IMG/VR virus record: IMGVR_UViG_3300033475_000013
Location: 1-64,000 of that record
Reading direction: 5' to 3' (one strand)
Length of the DNA stretch: 64,000 bases
From: a virus
Lineage: Duplodnaviria > Caudoviricetes
In this document: positions 25,782 through 34,930 of the stretch, piece after piece
Layout: every line of letters starts with the position of its first letter
How positions within the stretch are numbered: position 1 is the first letter of the stretch
Notes under the pieces: model-generated
Database searches by the model: none
What the model saw: only the letters and a program-made list of their open reading frames with translations
Told to the model about the DNA's origin: nothing
Translations under genes and position numbers: made by a program

Positions 25782-26027
25782 ATGGCTAAGAAAGACAAAA
25801 TTTCATCAATCATATCCCTTCGCGCATTATGTGAGAAAGCTGAGATCATCCATCACCGTGTGTACCATGCTCTGAAAGGAACGCACAAATCATCTTACAA
25901 ACCTCTGGAGCACATTGAGAAAACAAAACTGGCTAACACTATTTATAATGAGATAACACCAATGCTTAAAGCGTTAGGCTTTGGCATTACCATTCACCGG
26001 ATTAAAGATCCAACTCTGGAGCCGTAG
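25782..26027 (+). CDS. Small putative DNA-binding regulator
   Basis: Lone plus-strand gene preceded by TAAATTTG (25769-76). Confidence 0.55.
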   Translation: MAKKDKISSIISLRALCEKAEIIHHRVYHALKGTHKSSYKPLEHIEKTKLANTIYNEITPMLKALGFGITIHRIKDPTLEP

Positions 26028-26562
26028 CCTTGTCCTCTTCATCCATAAAGGATGTTGATGTCTTCTTTTTCTTCTCTCCCTTTTCAACACGAAGAATTGG
26101 CTTGTGTTGGTTGATCTGATCAATCGACATCTCTTTAGTGTACTGCGGCCACTCAGCACCGACAATATCGACACCAACCATTAATGAATATTCAGGATAT
26201 GGAATAATGTACACTGGAATACCTTCTTCTTTAAAGCCTTGATCAAGCTGTTTGTCAGCAAAGGCACGATTTGCTTTTAGTGCTTTCAAACCTTTAGTTG
26301 GATGAATAGTAATTCCAACAGGCTGAAGTTCGCCATCAATGCCAGGCGTACCTTCTTTGATGTAGTCCATGAATTCTTTCTTCAGTTCTTCCAGTTTGTC
26401 AATAGCACGGGATGCCATCGATGACTGGCGCTCAAGTTCATGAGTCTCTTCTTCTCCGAGATTTATTTTCTCTACATGCTGAATCACTTCAGCGGCATTT
26501 GATTTGATCCATTCAGCCAGGGCCTCATAGGTTGATGTTTGTGATACGCAGCGGTGTCGCAT
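26002..26562 (-). CDS. Hypothetical protein
   Basis: 186-aa ORF. Confidence 0.6.
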   Translation of the reverse strand: MRHRCVSQTSTYEALAEWIKSNAAEVIQHVEKINLGEEETHELERQSSMASRAIDKLEELKKEFMDYIKEGTPGIDGELQPVGITIHPTKGLKALKANRAFADKQLDQGFKEEGIPVYIIPYPEYSLMVGVDIVGAEWPQYTKEMSIDQINQHKPILRVEKGEKKKKTSTSFMDEEDKATAPELDL

Positions 26563-26564
26563 AG

Positions 26565-26774
26565 TTAATTTTGTTTAGTTTGAATGTTCTTAATGTTGTC
26601 ACGTATTTTCTTAAGGTGCTCATCAAGCAGCGTGAGCAATTGTTTTTTCTCGGATGCATCAATAACGTCTGACTTACCATCTAATGCAGCACATACTTTA
26701 ACATAAGTCCATCGTTTACCATGCAGGCGGATCAAATCCTTGTAAAAAGCGTTTCGGTTGATGTAATTATCCAT
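26565..26774 (-). CDS. Small putative regulator
   Basis: First gene of the leftward unit. Confidence 0.55.
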   Translation of the reverse strand: MDNYINRNAFYKDLIRLHGKRWTYVKVCAALDGKSDVIDASEKKQLLTLLDEHLKKIRDNIKNIQTKQN

Positions 26775-26779
26775 GGCGA

Positions 26780-26787
26780 CAAATCTA
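26780..26787 (-). promoter_or_regulatory. Bacteroidota -7 box for the leftward unit
   Basis: TAGATTTG on the minus strand directly upstream of the ATG at 26774. Confidence 0.5.
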
Positions 26788-26903
26788 AATTTAAAATTTG
26801 AAATAAAAAATTTGAAATTTATTTTTTATTAAGATTCTTTTTATTTGATTTGTACCACGCAATCAGAAACTAACAAGAGAACATCACTCTTAAATACTTT
26901 ATT

Positions 26904-27761
26904 ATGAGCCAACTCCAGAAATTTGAACAAGCCATTAAAGAGGCTAAATCTGTTAAAGAACTTTTTACACTTCCTGATGTAAGAGATCGTTTTATTAAAA
27001 ATTATCAAAGTGTCACCAATCGAGATGATGGTGAGAACAGATTGGAACAGGAGCGATTCGCTTACCTACAGATCATTGCCGATAAGCCAGACCTGCAAAA
27101 AGTTGATAATTTTTTTCATGTCGCAGCTTTGATCTATGCTGGTACAACTGGGCTGAGCTTCCGCGACAATAAGCTTTATGTGCGCTCAAATGGTAAGGGA
27201 GGACTGAAAGTTGATTCAAGTCCTGCTGGTAAACGTGAAATGTTCCACATGATGCCAACTGTAAAGGATGTTCCTGAAGGTGTTATTGTGTATATGGGTG
27301 ATCATTTCGTTCATGATAAACGGAACCATTGTGTGAAAGAACACTGGAGCACAGATAAGACAAAAGAACTCAATAACATCGATAACATCAGGGCCACGTA
27401 TCAAACTATTACTTATAAAGATGGTACAGCAAAAGATGTGGTCGTTTATAATGATGAGATCAGGAAGGCTATGGCGAAGAGCCCGATGCAGGGAGATAAG
27501 TCTACCTGGGCAACCTGGACGGCAGAGATGGCGAAGAAGACAGCAATGAACAGAGCATTCCGCTTGTACCATCACTATCCTGACAATGTGGTACTGTATG
27601 GTCCATCTGTTGAAGCTGAAGATATTTCGCATGAAGATGTTACTATCATGCCAGATGCACCGGTTTACTCTACTGATGGAGAAGAGGTTGACACTACTAC
27701 AGGTGAGGTAATAAATCCTCTTCCTGATGCGAAAGAGTCATCGCCAAAAAGTTTCATGTAA
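26904..27761 (+). CDS. RecT-like single-strand annealing protein
   Basis: GLSF...LYV; WTAEMAKKTAMNRAFR matches the RecT EMAKKT motif; acidic tail with DTTTGEV. Confidence 0.8.
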   Translation: MSQLQKFEQAIKEAKSVKELFTLPDVRDRFIKNYQSVTNRDDGENRLEQERFAYLQIIADKPDLQKVDNFFHVAALIYAGTTGLSFRDNKLYVRSNGKGGLKVDSSPAGKREMFHMMPTVKDVPEGVIVYMGDHFVHDKRNHCVKEHWSTDKTKELNNIDNIRATYQTITYKDGTAKDVVVYNDEIRKAMAKSPMQGDKSTWATWTAEMAKKTAMNRAFRLYHHYPDNVVLYGPSVEAEDISHEDVTIMPDAPVYSTDGEEVDTTTGEVINPLPDAKESSPKSFM

Positions 27762-28127
27762 AGATATTGGGCATTTGAATAAAATAAAGTTCGCGTAGAG
27801 TGATAAAAGCTTTATGAGTGTCGGTGAGAACCCGGCATGCCCTGAAATAAAGTATCCTGCTTGAAGATAAACAACGAGTGCAGATTACAAACTCACTATA
27901 GCCAAGGCTAGTAAACTGTTCTAGCAGTTAATGTTTATTGTAGAGGTAGTTTTATGAATAGATTCATGTAACAGTGTCCAGCGGCAAAGGGATTGGGGCG
28001 GCGATGCTCATGAACGTGATACCGTATATAATCTAGGATAGCCATTGTTGAGACCTAGATGTAAATGGGCTTGAGATTAAGATTATTCCACTAGAAAATT
28101 GGACAGGATATTTTTAATTAAAAAATT
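27762..28127 (+). ncRNA. Candidate structured non-coding RNA
   Basis: 366-nt gap with no substantial ORF and several hairpins, including a T-loop-like TGTCGG-TGAGAAC-CCGGCA. Confidence 0.35.
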
Positions 28128-28313
28128 ATGGATGAATTCATCAAATTAGCTGAAGAGATGCGTGATGCGCAGAAGAATTACTTCAAAGCCAGACGCAATC
28201 ATGATGACGAAAAATCTCAATACTATCTGGCCTTATCAAAAAGACTGGAAGGTGAGTTTGATGCTTTCATTTTGAAGTATAAGAAGGATAAAGAGCAACC
28301 TAAATTGTTTTGA
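28128..28313 (+). CDS. Small hypothetical protein
   Basis: MRDAQKNYFK...SKRLE. Confidence 0.6.
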   Translation: MDEFIKLAEEMRDAQKNYFKARRNHDDEKSQYYLALSKRLEGEFDAFILKYKKDKEQPKLF

Positions 28314-28316
28314 TGT

Positions 28317-28556
28317 ATGGAATTAATTGAAGGAATGGGCAATGAAACGATGCCGAGTGTTATAAAAGATCCATTCAATAAAAACAAAATTGAAATGGTT
28401 GCCATTTACCTAATGAAAAGTATGTTTGATGACAAGTATAATGCTTCCGGTAAAATAAAGTTTAAAAATGGAAATACCGTTGGAGAGCAGGAATTTACAG
28501 GAAAATCAATTGATGACATTATCATTCAAATGAAAGCAGTTCTTAAAGATTTGTAA
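28317..28556 (+). CDS. Hypothetical protein
   Basis: ORF in operon. Confidence 0.55.
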   Translation: MELIEGMGNETMPSVIKDPFNKNKIEMVAIYLMKSMFDDKYNASGKIKFKNGNTVGEQEFTGKSIDDIIIQMKAVLKDL

Positions 28557-28568
28557 ACCAAAAATAAT

Positions 28569-29045
28569 ATGGAATTAAACGAGAACATTCTAAAAGAAAT
28601 CAATAAGCAGTTGCCTCAATTGGCCGCTACTGAATTAGTGACATTTATTGAAGATGCAAAAGGAACAAAAAAACTCCTTGAAGTAACTCAGCAAAATGTA
28701 AAAACAATGCAGGCGGAACTTAGTGCACTTCGCGAAAAGGAATCTAAGTTTAATAATGCGACTAAAATGATGGAAGATGCTGAAAAACTTTCTAAAACAG
28801 CAGACGCACGGCAGGCTGATATGGAGTTGACACTAACAAAAGAAAAGCTTTCACAGCGTGATTTTGTGATTCAGAAATTCGAAGGTTTCCTGTCACTGCT
28901 TGTTAAAAATCCAAGAGCCATTGAAATGATTTCCGGAAGTGAGAACTTCTCTAATTCAACTTATTATGACGGATCAAGAAATGTTAGAGAACACCTCCAT
29001 TCTTCAACTTCATCACAATCAGAAAAGATTGAAACAAAAGACTAA
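28569..29045 (+). CDS. Coiled-coil hypothetical protein
   Basis: Heptad pattern. Confidence 0.6.
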   Translation: MELNENILKEINKQLPQLAATELVTFIEDAKGTKKLLEVTQQNVKTMQAELSALREKESKFNNATKMMEDAEKLSKTADARQADMELTLTKEKLSQRDFVIQKFEGFLSLLVKNPRAIEMISGSENFSNSTYYDGSRNVREHLHSSTSSQSEKIETKD

Positions 29046-29263
29046 TGCAACTCGAAAAAACTTTCACCGACAGCAAAACAGTATCTGGTATCCGCTACAA
29101 TCCAGAAACCAAAGTTTTATCCATCACCTACGTAACGGGCAAGACTTACGACTATGCAGATGTGCCTGAACGTGTTGTTGATCATGCTATGAACGCTGAG
29201 TCTATCGGAAAATTCGTCAACACCTACATCAAAGAAGAATATAAATACAAACTTGTTAATTAA
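29045..29263 (+). CDS. KTSC domain protein
   Basis: SKTVSGIRYNPETKVLSITY..GKTYDY..VP......AESIGKFVNTYIK. Confidence 0.9.
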   Translation: MQLEKTFTDSKTVSGIRYNPETKVLSITYVTGKTYDYADVPERVVDHAMNAESIGKFVNTYIKEEYKYKLVN

Positions 29264-29269
29264 TTTGTT

Positions 29270-30496
29270 ATGGCAGAAGAAACAACATCACTCATAAAGC
29301 TTGAACCTATCTTAAAACAAATGCAGGAGGTAGTGCCTCGCATGCAAAAAGGAAGTGCTAATAGTGTTGCTGCCATGCGGCAGATCACCGAAATCACTTC
29401 GGATGAAGATCTTCAAAATGCTACTGGCGTACTTGTCGCTGTCAGAAATACATTCGATGCCATACAGAAATTACGCAAGCCTATCACGGAGGAATTTGAT
29501 AAGTTAAAATCTGAATTGATGGAGTTTGAGAAACTGGTTAGCCAGGACTCAAAAGACAATGAAGTAGCACGTATCCGAAATCTTATTGGCGCCTATAACC
29601 AGGCTAAGCTGGACAAGAAACGTGAAGAAGAACTCAAGGCCCAAAAACAAAAGGACAAAGAGAATCATAAAGTTGATATTTCATCTCGACTGAAAAAGAA
29701 ATTGGCCGATCTGTTAATTGAACGTGTGCGCCAAGTTCATGAAGGAAGTAAAAAACATTTTGATGTTCCGCTTGAGCAATTTGATGAACGTGCCGCTCAG
29801 TTTAAAAAGTTCAAGCCCGTTCTTAAAAAAGAGCAGTATGATTCATGCTTCATCACCGACTACAATAAAAGCATAGTATCAGAAGAAGAGTACATTCAAC
29901 TTGTTGCCGATCTTCAGGTAGAAGAAACGTATGCCAAATGGAGCGAACTTGTGCTGGAGCAAATTGTACCGAAGGTTAATGAGTGGATTGGACGTATTCC
30001 TGAGTTAAAACAAAAACTTGTTGATCTGAAAAACGCTACAGATGAAGAAAGCAGGCTAAAGATTGAGAAAGAACAGAAAGAAAAGGCTGAGCAGGAAGAG
30101 CGCGAGAGTAAGGCAGAGATTGAGAACATGCAGAAAGCCTCTGATGAAAATATTCAGCGTGAAGCTGCCGTTGATAAATTACAGAATGAATTCCGGGAGC
30201 AGGCTATTACGCAGCAACTGGAAGATGCAGGTCCGACTAAATTGATTTTGAAGTTCAAGGATGATAAGCCTGTGAAAGCTATCTGTGAGATCATCTATCA
30301 TAATTTCAAACATGATAAATTCCCTAGCATCATAAAACTAGATAAGGACAAGAAGCCTAAGGTTGATGAGTATGGTTTCCCGGTATACGTGGATTGGTTG
30401 GACTTACTGGTTAGCTTCTTTGTTAAGTATGGCGACGTTAACATAAATGGTGTAGAATTGAAAGAGGTCACCAAAACTATTGTGAGAGCAAAATAA
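29270..30496 (+). CDS. Long coiled-coil protein of the recombination module
   Basis: RKPIT..FD motif and extended K/E coiled coil. Confidence 0.65.
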   Translation: MAEETTSLIKLEPILKQMQEVVPRMQKGSANSVAAMRQITEITSDEDLQNATGVLVAVRNTFDAIQKLRKPITEEFDKLKSELMEFEKLVSQDSKDNEVARIRNLIGAYNQAKLDKKREEELKAQKQKDKENHKVDISSRLKKKLADLLIERVRQVHEGSKKHFDVPLEQFDERAAQFKKFKPVLKKEQYDSCFITDYNKSIVSEEEYIQLVADLQVEETYAKWSELVLEQIVPKVNEWIGRIPELKQKLVDLKNATDEESRLKIEKEQKEKAEQEERESKAEIENMQKASDENIQREAAVDKLQNEFREQAITQQLEDAGPTKLILKFKDDKPVKAICEIIYHNFKHDKFPSIIKLDKDKKPKVDEYGFPVYVDWLDLLVSFFVKYGDVNINGVELKEVTKTIVRAK

Positions 30497-30539
30497 TCAT
30501 GTACTTATTCTTCGACACCGTTAAAGAAGTGATTTTAAA

Positions 30540-31133
30540 ATGAGTTACTTCGATCATCATTACGTCTCGAATTCTGATCTAAAGAAACTACATCATAAGC
30601 TGGCAGGAAGAGTTGATCAACCGAATCTTCAGGAGATTTATGATGCTGGTACACTCAACCATAATGCGCTACTGGAGCCATATAAATGTGACAAAACTCA
30701 TCCTGGTTATCCACTGGCAAAGACAATGGCCGAAACTGTACTAAGAGATGAATTGTGTAGAAAGATAATTATGCATCATGACTTCAGACGCGAGCATGAG
30801 TGGTATAGAAGCAACAGATGGGGACTTAAAGGCGTTCGGTGTAAGACTGATGGAGATAGTAAGGAATTATCAACGATCTTTGAATACAAGGGGCTGGCGA
30901 TTACTACTGAGAAAGCATTTGATGCCGCTATTCTTCATCACGATTATGATGCTTCGTGTTACTATTATTTAAATGTTGTTGGCTATAAATACTATTTGAT
31001 TGCTGGCGTATCGAAAGAGAAACCGAAGATGCTTTTCAAACGGCTATACACTAGAGACCATGATGTTTATTCCAGCGGAGGCATTAAGATTGAGACAGAA
31101 ATTAGTGAGTGGAAAAATTTTGGATTTGTATAA
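30540..31133 (+). CDS. PD-(D/E)xK exonuclease-like protein (RecE/DUF3799-like)
   Basis: VSNSDLK, GTLNH, RCKTDG...FEYKG, YDASCYYY. Confidence 0.7.
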   Translation: MSYFDHHYVSNSDLKKLHHKLAGRVDQPNLQEIYDAGTLNHNALLEPYKCDKTHPGYPLAKTMAETVLRDELCRKIIMHHDFRREHEWYRSNRWGLKGVRCKTDGDSKELSTIFEYKGLAITTEKAFDAAILHHDYDASCYYYLNVVGYKYYLIAGVSKEKPKMLFKRLYTRDHDVYSSGGIKIETEISEWKNFGFV

Positions 31134-31145
31134 AAATTAAAAACT

Positions 31146-31436
31146 ATGTTGACCGGAAAAATTGATTGTTCTAAGATTGAAAAAGCCAGATTGTTTAATG
31201 GTAAAGATGGCGCGAAGTATCTTGATATTATTTTGATTCCTACGCCTAATGACAAGCATGGTAATGACTACATGATTGTACAGTCCATTACAAAAGAGGA
31301 ACGTGCTGCCGGGCAGAAAGGTAAAATACTTGGCAATGCTAAAGAATTAGGACAGCGAAGTAATGCTCCTCAGCAAGGAAATGATGGATGGGGAAGTGCT
31401 CCATCTAATAGTGATATTGACGGACTTCCTTTTTAA
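31146..31436 (+). CDS. Single-stranded DNA-binding protein (Bacteroidota phage type)
   Basis: KIDCSKI...GAKYLD...GKILGNAK; C-terminal DGLPF. Confidence 0.7.
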   Translation: MLTGKIDCSKIEKARLFNGKDGAKYLDIILIPTPNDKHGNDYMIVQSITKEERAAGQKGKILGNAKELGQRSNAPQQGNDGWGSAPSNSDIDGLPF

Positions 31437-31439
31437 GAT

Positions 31440-31856
31440 ATGATAGTTGTAGTCGGAGGCTGTTTTGATGTTTTGCACGTCGGGCATATAAACATGCTTA
31501 TGTTTTGTCGCCAGATAGTAGGACAAAATGGAACTGTTATTGTCAGCATTGATAGTGATGATAAAATCGCTAAAGATAAAGGTGCGGACAGACCTATCTT
31601 CAATGTCTTTGAACGCGAAGATGCACTTATGGCACTTACAGCTTACGGAAATAAAGTAGTTAATGAAGTGCTTCGTCATCATGATAATGAAGAGTTACTT
31701 CAAATCATTGAGAAAATAAGGCCTGACTACATCGTGTCTTGTGATGAATATCGAGGACGTGTGGTCGGTGCTGAGTATGCTGAAGTTATTTACTTCAAGA
31801 AAGATGCACGATTTTCTTCTACTAAAATAATTGAGGCATGTCGAAGAAAAGAATAA
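31440..31856 (+). CDS. hldE: Heptose-1-phosphate adenylyltransferase (HldE/RfaE domain II)
   Basis: GGCFDVLHVGH (HxGH), DSDDKIAKDKGADRPI, IRPDYIV..DEY..RVVGAE, FSSTKII. Confidence 0.85.
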   Translation: MIVVVGGCFDVLHVGHINMLMFCRQIVGQNGTVIVSIDSDDKIAKDKGADRPIFNVFEREDALMALTAYGNKVVNEVLRHHDNEELLQIIEKIRPDYIVSCDEYRGRVVGAEYAEVIYFKKDARFSSTKIIEACRRKE

Positions 31857-31995
31857 GATGCACAATTATTAATAATGAATTTGCTTGTGATCTTGGTAAT
31901 GGTTGGATTTATTGGTTTGTGATGAATGGAAATCATTATTACGCAAAACCACTTTTTGGCATATTCGATCCTTTACCTAAAGACTGGAATAATTT

Positions 31996-32874
31996 ATGAC
32001 TAACGAAGAAATACTACAGCGTGCAAAAACTTTGAAGATCGCCATCATCGGTGATCTGATCGAAGACCGATACATCATTGGTGACGTGCATCGAGTGTCA
32101 CCTGAAGCTCCAGTAGTAGTAGTTTCAAAAACATCAGAGACTACATATGCGGGCGGTGCAGGTAATGTGTTTATGAACCTGGTTAATCTTGGAGTTGATG
32201 CATACCTTTTCACCCGAGGTAATCCACGTGCTGATATTCTTTGTGATAGCATCTTCATTCACCCTGGTAGAACTCCAATTAAGACACGGATCATGTCTAA
32301 CAATCATCATCTGCTTAGAGTGGATGATGAAGAGAGTAATCCGGATATAGTAGAGTATGATGATCTGACGTGGAAGGAAGATTTTGAAAAATTATTTCCT
32401 TCACTTGATGCCATTATATTCTCTGATTATCATAAAGGAACTATCAGTCCATCAATATCGAACACCATTATTTCACTGTGTAATGAATTTAACATACCGG
32501 TGTTTGTGGATGCGAAGCGTGATTTTGATAAGTACAAGCATGCATTGATGATTAAATGTAACAAGCATGAGGCCAAAGATATTGATGTTGAGAAACTAAG
32601 GAGTGATTTGAAGGCCACATATTTTGTGGTGACTACTGGAGAAACAGGTATGACTGCTTTTTATTATGGCAATATATGGCTTACACTAGCTGTTGATGTC
32701 GGTGTAGTAGATGTGTGTGGTGCTGGAGACATTGTAATTGCTATAGCAGCGATGGCTTTCGCTGCCGGAATGAACATGATACCAGCACTTGATCTATCGA
32801 ATAAAGCAGCAGGTGAGAGTTGTAAGCATGCTGGTGTGTATGCGTTGACGAAAGAAGACTTTTTAAAATTATGA
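31996..32874 (+). CDS. hldE: Heptose-7-phosphate kinase (HldE/RfaE domain I, PfkB family)
   Basis: IGDLIEDRY..GDVHRVSPEAPV, GGAGNV, SDYHKG, VDVCGAGD. Confidence 0.92.
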   Translation: MTNEEILQRAKTLKIAIIGDLIEDRYIIGDVHRVSPEAPVVVVSKTSETTYAGGAGNVFMNLVNLGVDAYLFTRGNPRADILCDSIFIHPGRTPIKTRIMSNNHHLLRVDDEESNPDIVEYDDLTWKEDFEKLFPSLDAIIFSDYHKGTISPSISNTIISLCNEFNIPVFVDAKRDFDKYKHALMIKCNKHEAKDIDVEKLRSDLKATYFVVTTGETGMTAFYYGNIWLTLAVDVGVVDVCGAGDIVIAIAAMAFAAGMNMIPALDLSNKAAGESCKHAGVYALTKEDFLKL

Positions 32875-33116
32875 GTTTGTATTCAGTTGTGCAGGATATG
32901 TCATCAGGCGAGACAATTGAAATATCTGATTATGTCTATTCTGATGTCTTTATTTCAAAAGATCCTTACGAATGGTTTAAAAATTCTTTACTTGTTTTTG
33001 CTGGTCATAGACCAAACTTAACAACAAAAGAAAAAGAAGAATTATTCTGCCGTCAGACTAATTGCATAATAAAGCATGATATAGTGACAATGAAAATTTT
33101 CATTACAAAAAAATAA
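32871..33116 (+). CDS. Hypothetical protein
   Basis: ORF in operon. Confidence 0.5.
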   Translation: MSLYSVVQDMSSGETIEISDYVYSDVFISKDPYEWFKNSLLVFAGHRPNLTTKEKEELFCRQTNCIIKHDIVTMKIFITKK

Positions 33117-33118
33117 TT

Positions 33119-33652
33119 ATGGAAACAGTTACAAACTTATCACCATCTCATAAATTAAGACCTGCATTATGTCTTGATTTTGATGGCACTATTAGAAGAA
33201 GTCCTAATGGTAATACGTTTATTAAAAACTATCAGGATATTGAATTGATTCCTGGGATGGAAGAAAAAATATGGAGTTTCAGAAATAAAGGATATTTAAT
33301 TCTTGGCATCTCCAATCAAGCAGGCGTTGCTCATGGTTTTAAATTACCAATGGAGATTGAATTAGAACTTCAAACAACTCTTAATTTATTTAAAGAAAAT
33401 CCATTCCACATAGTGAAGCATTGTTACCATGATGGTAAAGGTAAAATTGAACCATACAATCATCGTTCATTATTACGGAAGCCAGATATAGGCATGTTAG
33501 CCGTAATGGAGCATGATGCGTGGAATGAAGGGTTTGTAATTGATTGGGACAATTCTCTTTTTGTTGGAGATCGTCCAGAAGATCAAGAATGTGCTCGTAG
33601 AGCAGGAATGCCATTTTATCATGTTGATGATTTCAAAGGATTAGATGATTAA
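33119..33652 (+). CDS. gmhB: D,D-heptose-1,7-bisphosphate phosphatase (HAD IIIA)
   Basis: LDFDGTI, GISNQAGVAHG, RKPDIGML, FVGDRPEDQECARRAG. Confidence 0.8.
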   Translation: METVTNLSPSHKLRPALCLDFDGTIRRSPNGNTFIKNYQDIELIPGMEEKIWSFRNKGYLILGISNQAGVAHGFKLPMEIELELQTTLNLFKENPFHIVKHCYHDGKGKIEPYNHRSLLRKPDIGMLAVMEHDAWNEGFVIDWDNSLFVGDRPEDQECARRAGMPFYHVDDFKGLDD

Positions 33653-33857
33653 GTTCACTCCAATCAATCACCAATTCTCTCTCTTCAACTTCAATGACAC
33701 GAAGCCAAAGACGAAGATACCTATTAAGCGTATCTCGAAAGAACGATATGAGCAGGCGGTGAAAGAATTGAAAGAAGGAAAAGAAAAGAGCATGTTGAAT
33801 ATGCTTAGAGATTTGAATGATTCATTGGATAGATACGAAAAAAGACATGGCATATAA
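33645..33857 (+). CDS. Hypothetical protein
   Basis: ORF in operon. Confidence 0.5.
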   Translation: MIKFTPINHQFSLFNFNDTKPKTKIPIKRISKERYEQAVKELKEGKEKSMLNMLRDLNDSLDRYEKRHGI

Positions 33858-34434
33858 AACTGAAAATAAAACAATGTGTATCTGCATAAAATGCGGAAAG
33901 CCAATTCAATATGATCAGGAAGATGGATATTGGGACAGCAAAGAGACAGATGAAAATTCCACGTTATGGACACCTATGTGTGAGGATAAAAAATTTCATG
34001 AACCAACATTGCATGTAAGAGGCGATAAAGGGTATTACTATATGAAAAAAGAAATTATACCGAGAACAATTTCTATTGATTTTGATTCTACCTGCGTGCT
34101 AAACGAATGGCCACAGGTTGGCGAAAGTATTGAACATTGTGTTGATGTATTGAAGCGATTGAATAAGGCAGGCCATACTCTTATTCTCGTGACTATGAGA
34201 GCAAACAATCTGCTTGATGATGCTGAAGAATGGTTTCGAAATAATGACATTGAAATAAAATACTCTAACTGCAATCCTGAGTACGAAACTGGATCTCGAA
34301 AAATTTATTCTCATTTAATTTTGGATGATAAATCGATTGGTGTACCACTGATTAACAATCCGGAGATACACAAAAAGCCATTCGTTGATTGGGTTAAGGT
34401 TGAAAAAATATTGGAAGAAAAGGGATACTTATGA
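33817..34434 (+). CDS. HAD-superfamily phosphatase with N-terminal Cys-containing extension
   Basis: ISIDFDSTCV, LILVTMR, LILDDK. Confidence 0.7.
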   Translation: MIHWIDTKKDMAYKTENKTMCICIKCGKPIQYDQEDGYWDSKETDENSTLWTPMCEDKKFHEPTLHVRGDKGYYYMKKEIIPRTISIDFDSTCVLNEWPQVGESIEHCVDVLKRLNKAGHTLILVTMRANNLLDDAEEWFRNNDIEIKYSNCNPEYETGSRKIYSHLILDDKSIGVPLINNPEIHKKPFVDWVKVEKILEEKGYL

Positions 34435-34688
34435 AATACACAAACTTTCCAAAAGCAAAAGAACTTGTAAGTAAAATTGACAAGTACTATGAAAAATTGA
34501 ATGAAATCAATGCAACTCCTATAGTTGTCATTCAAACATTTGGTGCTAGATACAATATTTTCACTATCGGAACTGATGGCAATTGTGAACATGAATACAC
34601 ACAATTAACAAAAGAATTTATTGAAAGAATAAAGGCTGATCTTACAGACAGAATCAATGAACTGATAGCAGAACTTGAATTGCTATGA
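34431..34688 (+). CDS. Hypothetical protein
   Basis: ORF in operon. Confidence 0.5.
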   Translation: MKYTNFPKAKELVSKIDKYYEKLNEINATPIVVIQTFGARYNIFTIGTDGNCEHEYTQLTKEFIERIKADLTDRINELIAELELL

Positions 34689-34930
34689 TCCGCCCAGAGA
34701 TTATCTATCTCGAAGAACCCATTCTTATAGCTGGCATTAAAATTTTACATTCCAGAGAAGGATTGGTTTATCTGATTGATCATTATAAGTGCTTGCTGAA
34801 ACAAGATGTAAAAAGATTACCAGAGATCACGCAGCACATGGAGTTGCTTATTAAAAATTGGGAGATTCATTTAGAACTTTATAAAAAACAGCATGATCAC
34901 ATTACGACCGGAACAGAGAGCAACAGTTGA
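34685..34930 (+). CDS. Hypothetical protein
   Basis: ORF in operon. Confidence 0.5.
   Translation: MIRPEIIYLEEPILIAGIKILHSREGLVYLIDHYKCLLKQDVKRLPEITQHMELLIKNWEIHLELYKKQHDHITTGTESNS

Noticed and set aside
27762-28127. tmRNA or RNase P RNA
   Set aside because: No GGGG.../...CCACCA acceptor ends, no ALAA-type tag frame, no GAGGAAAGUCC motif.
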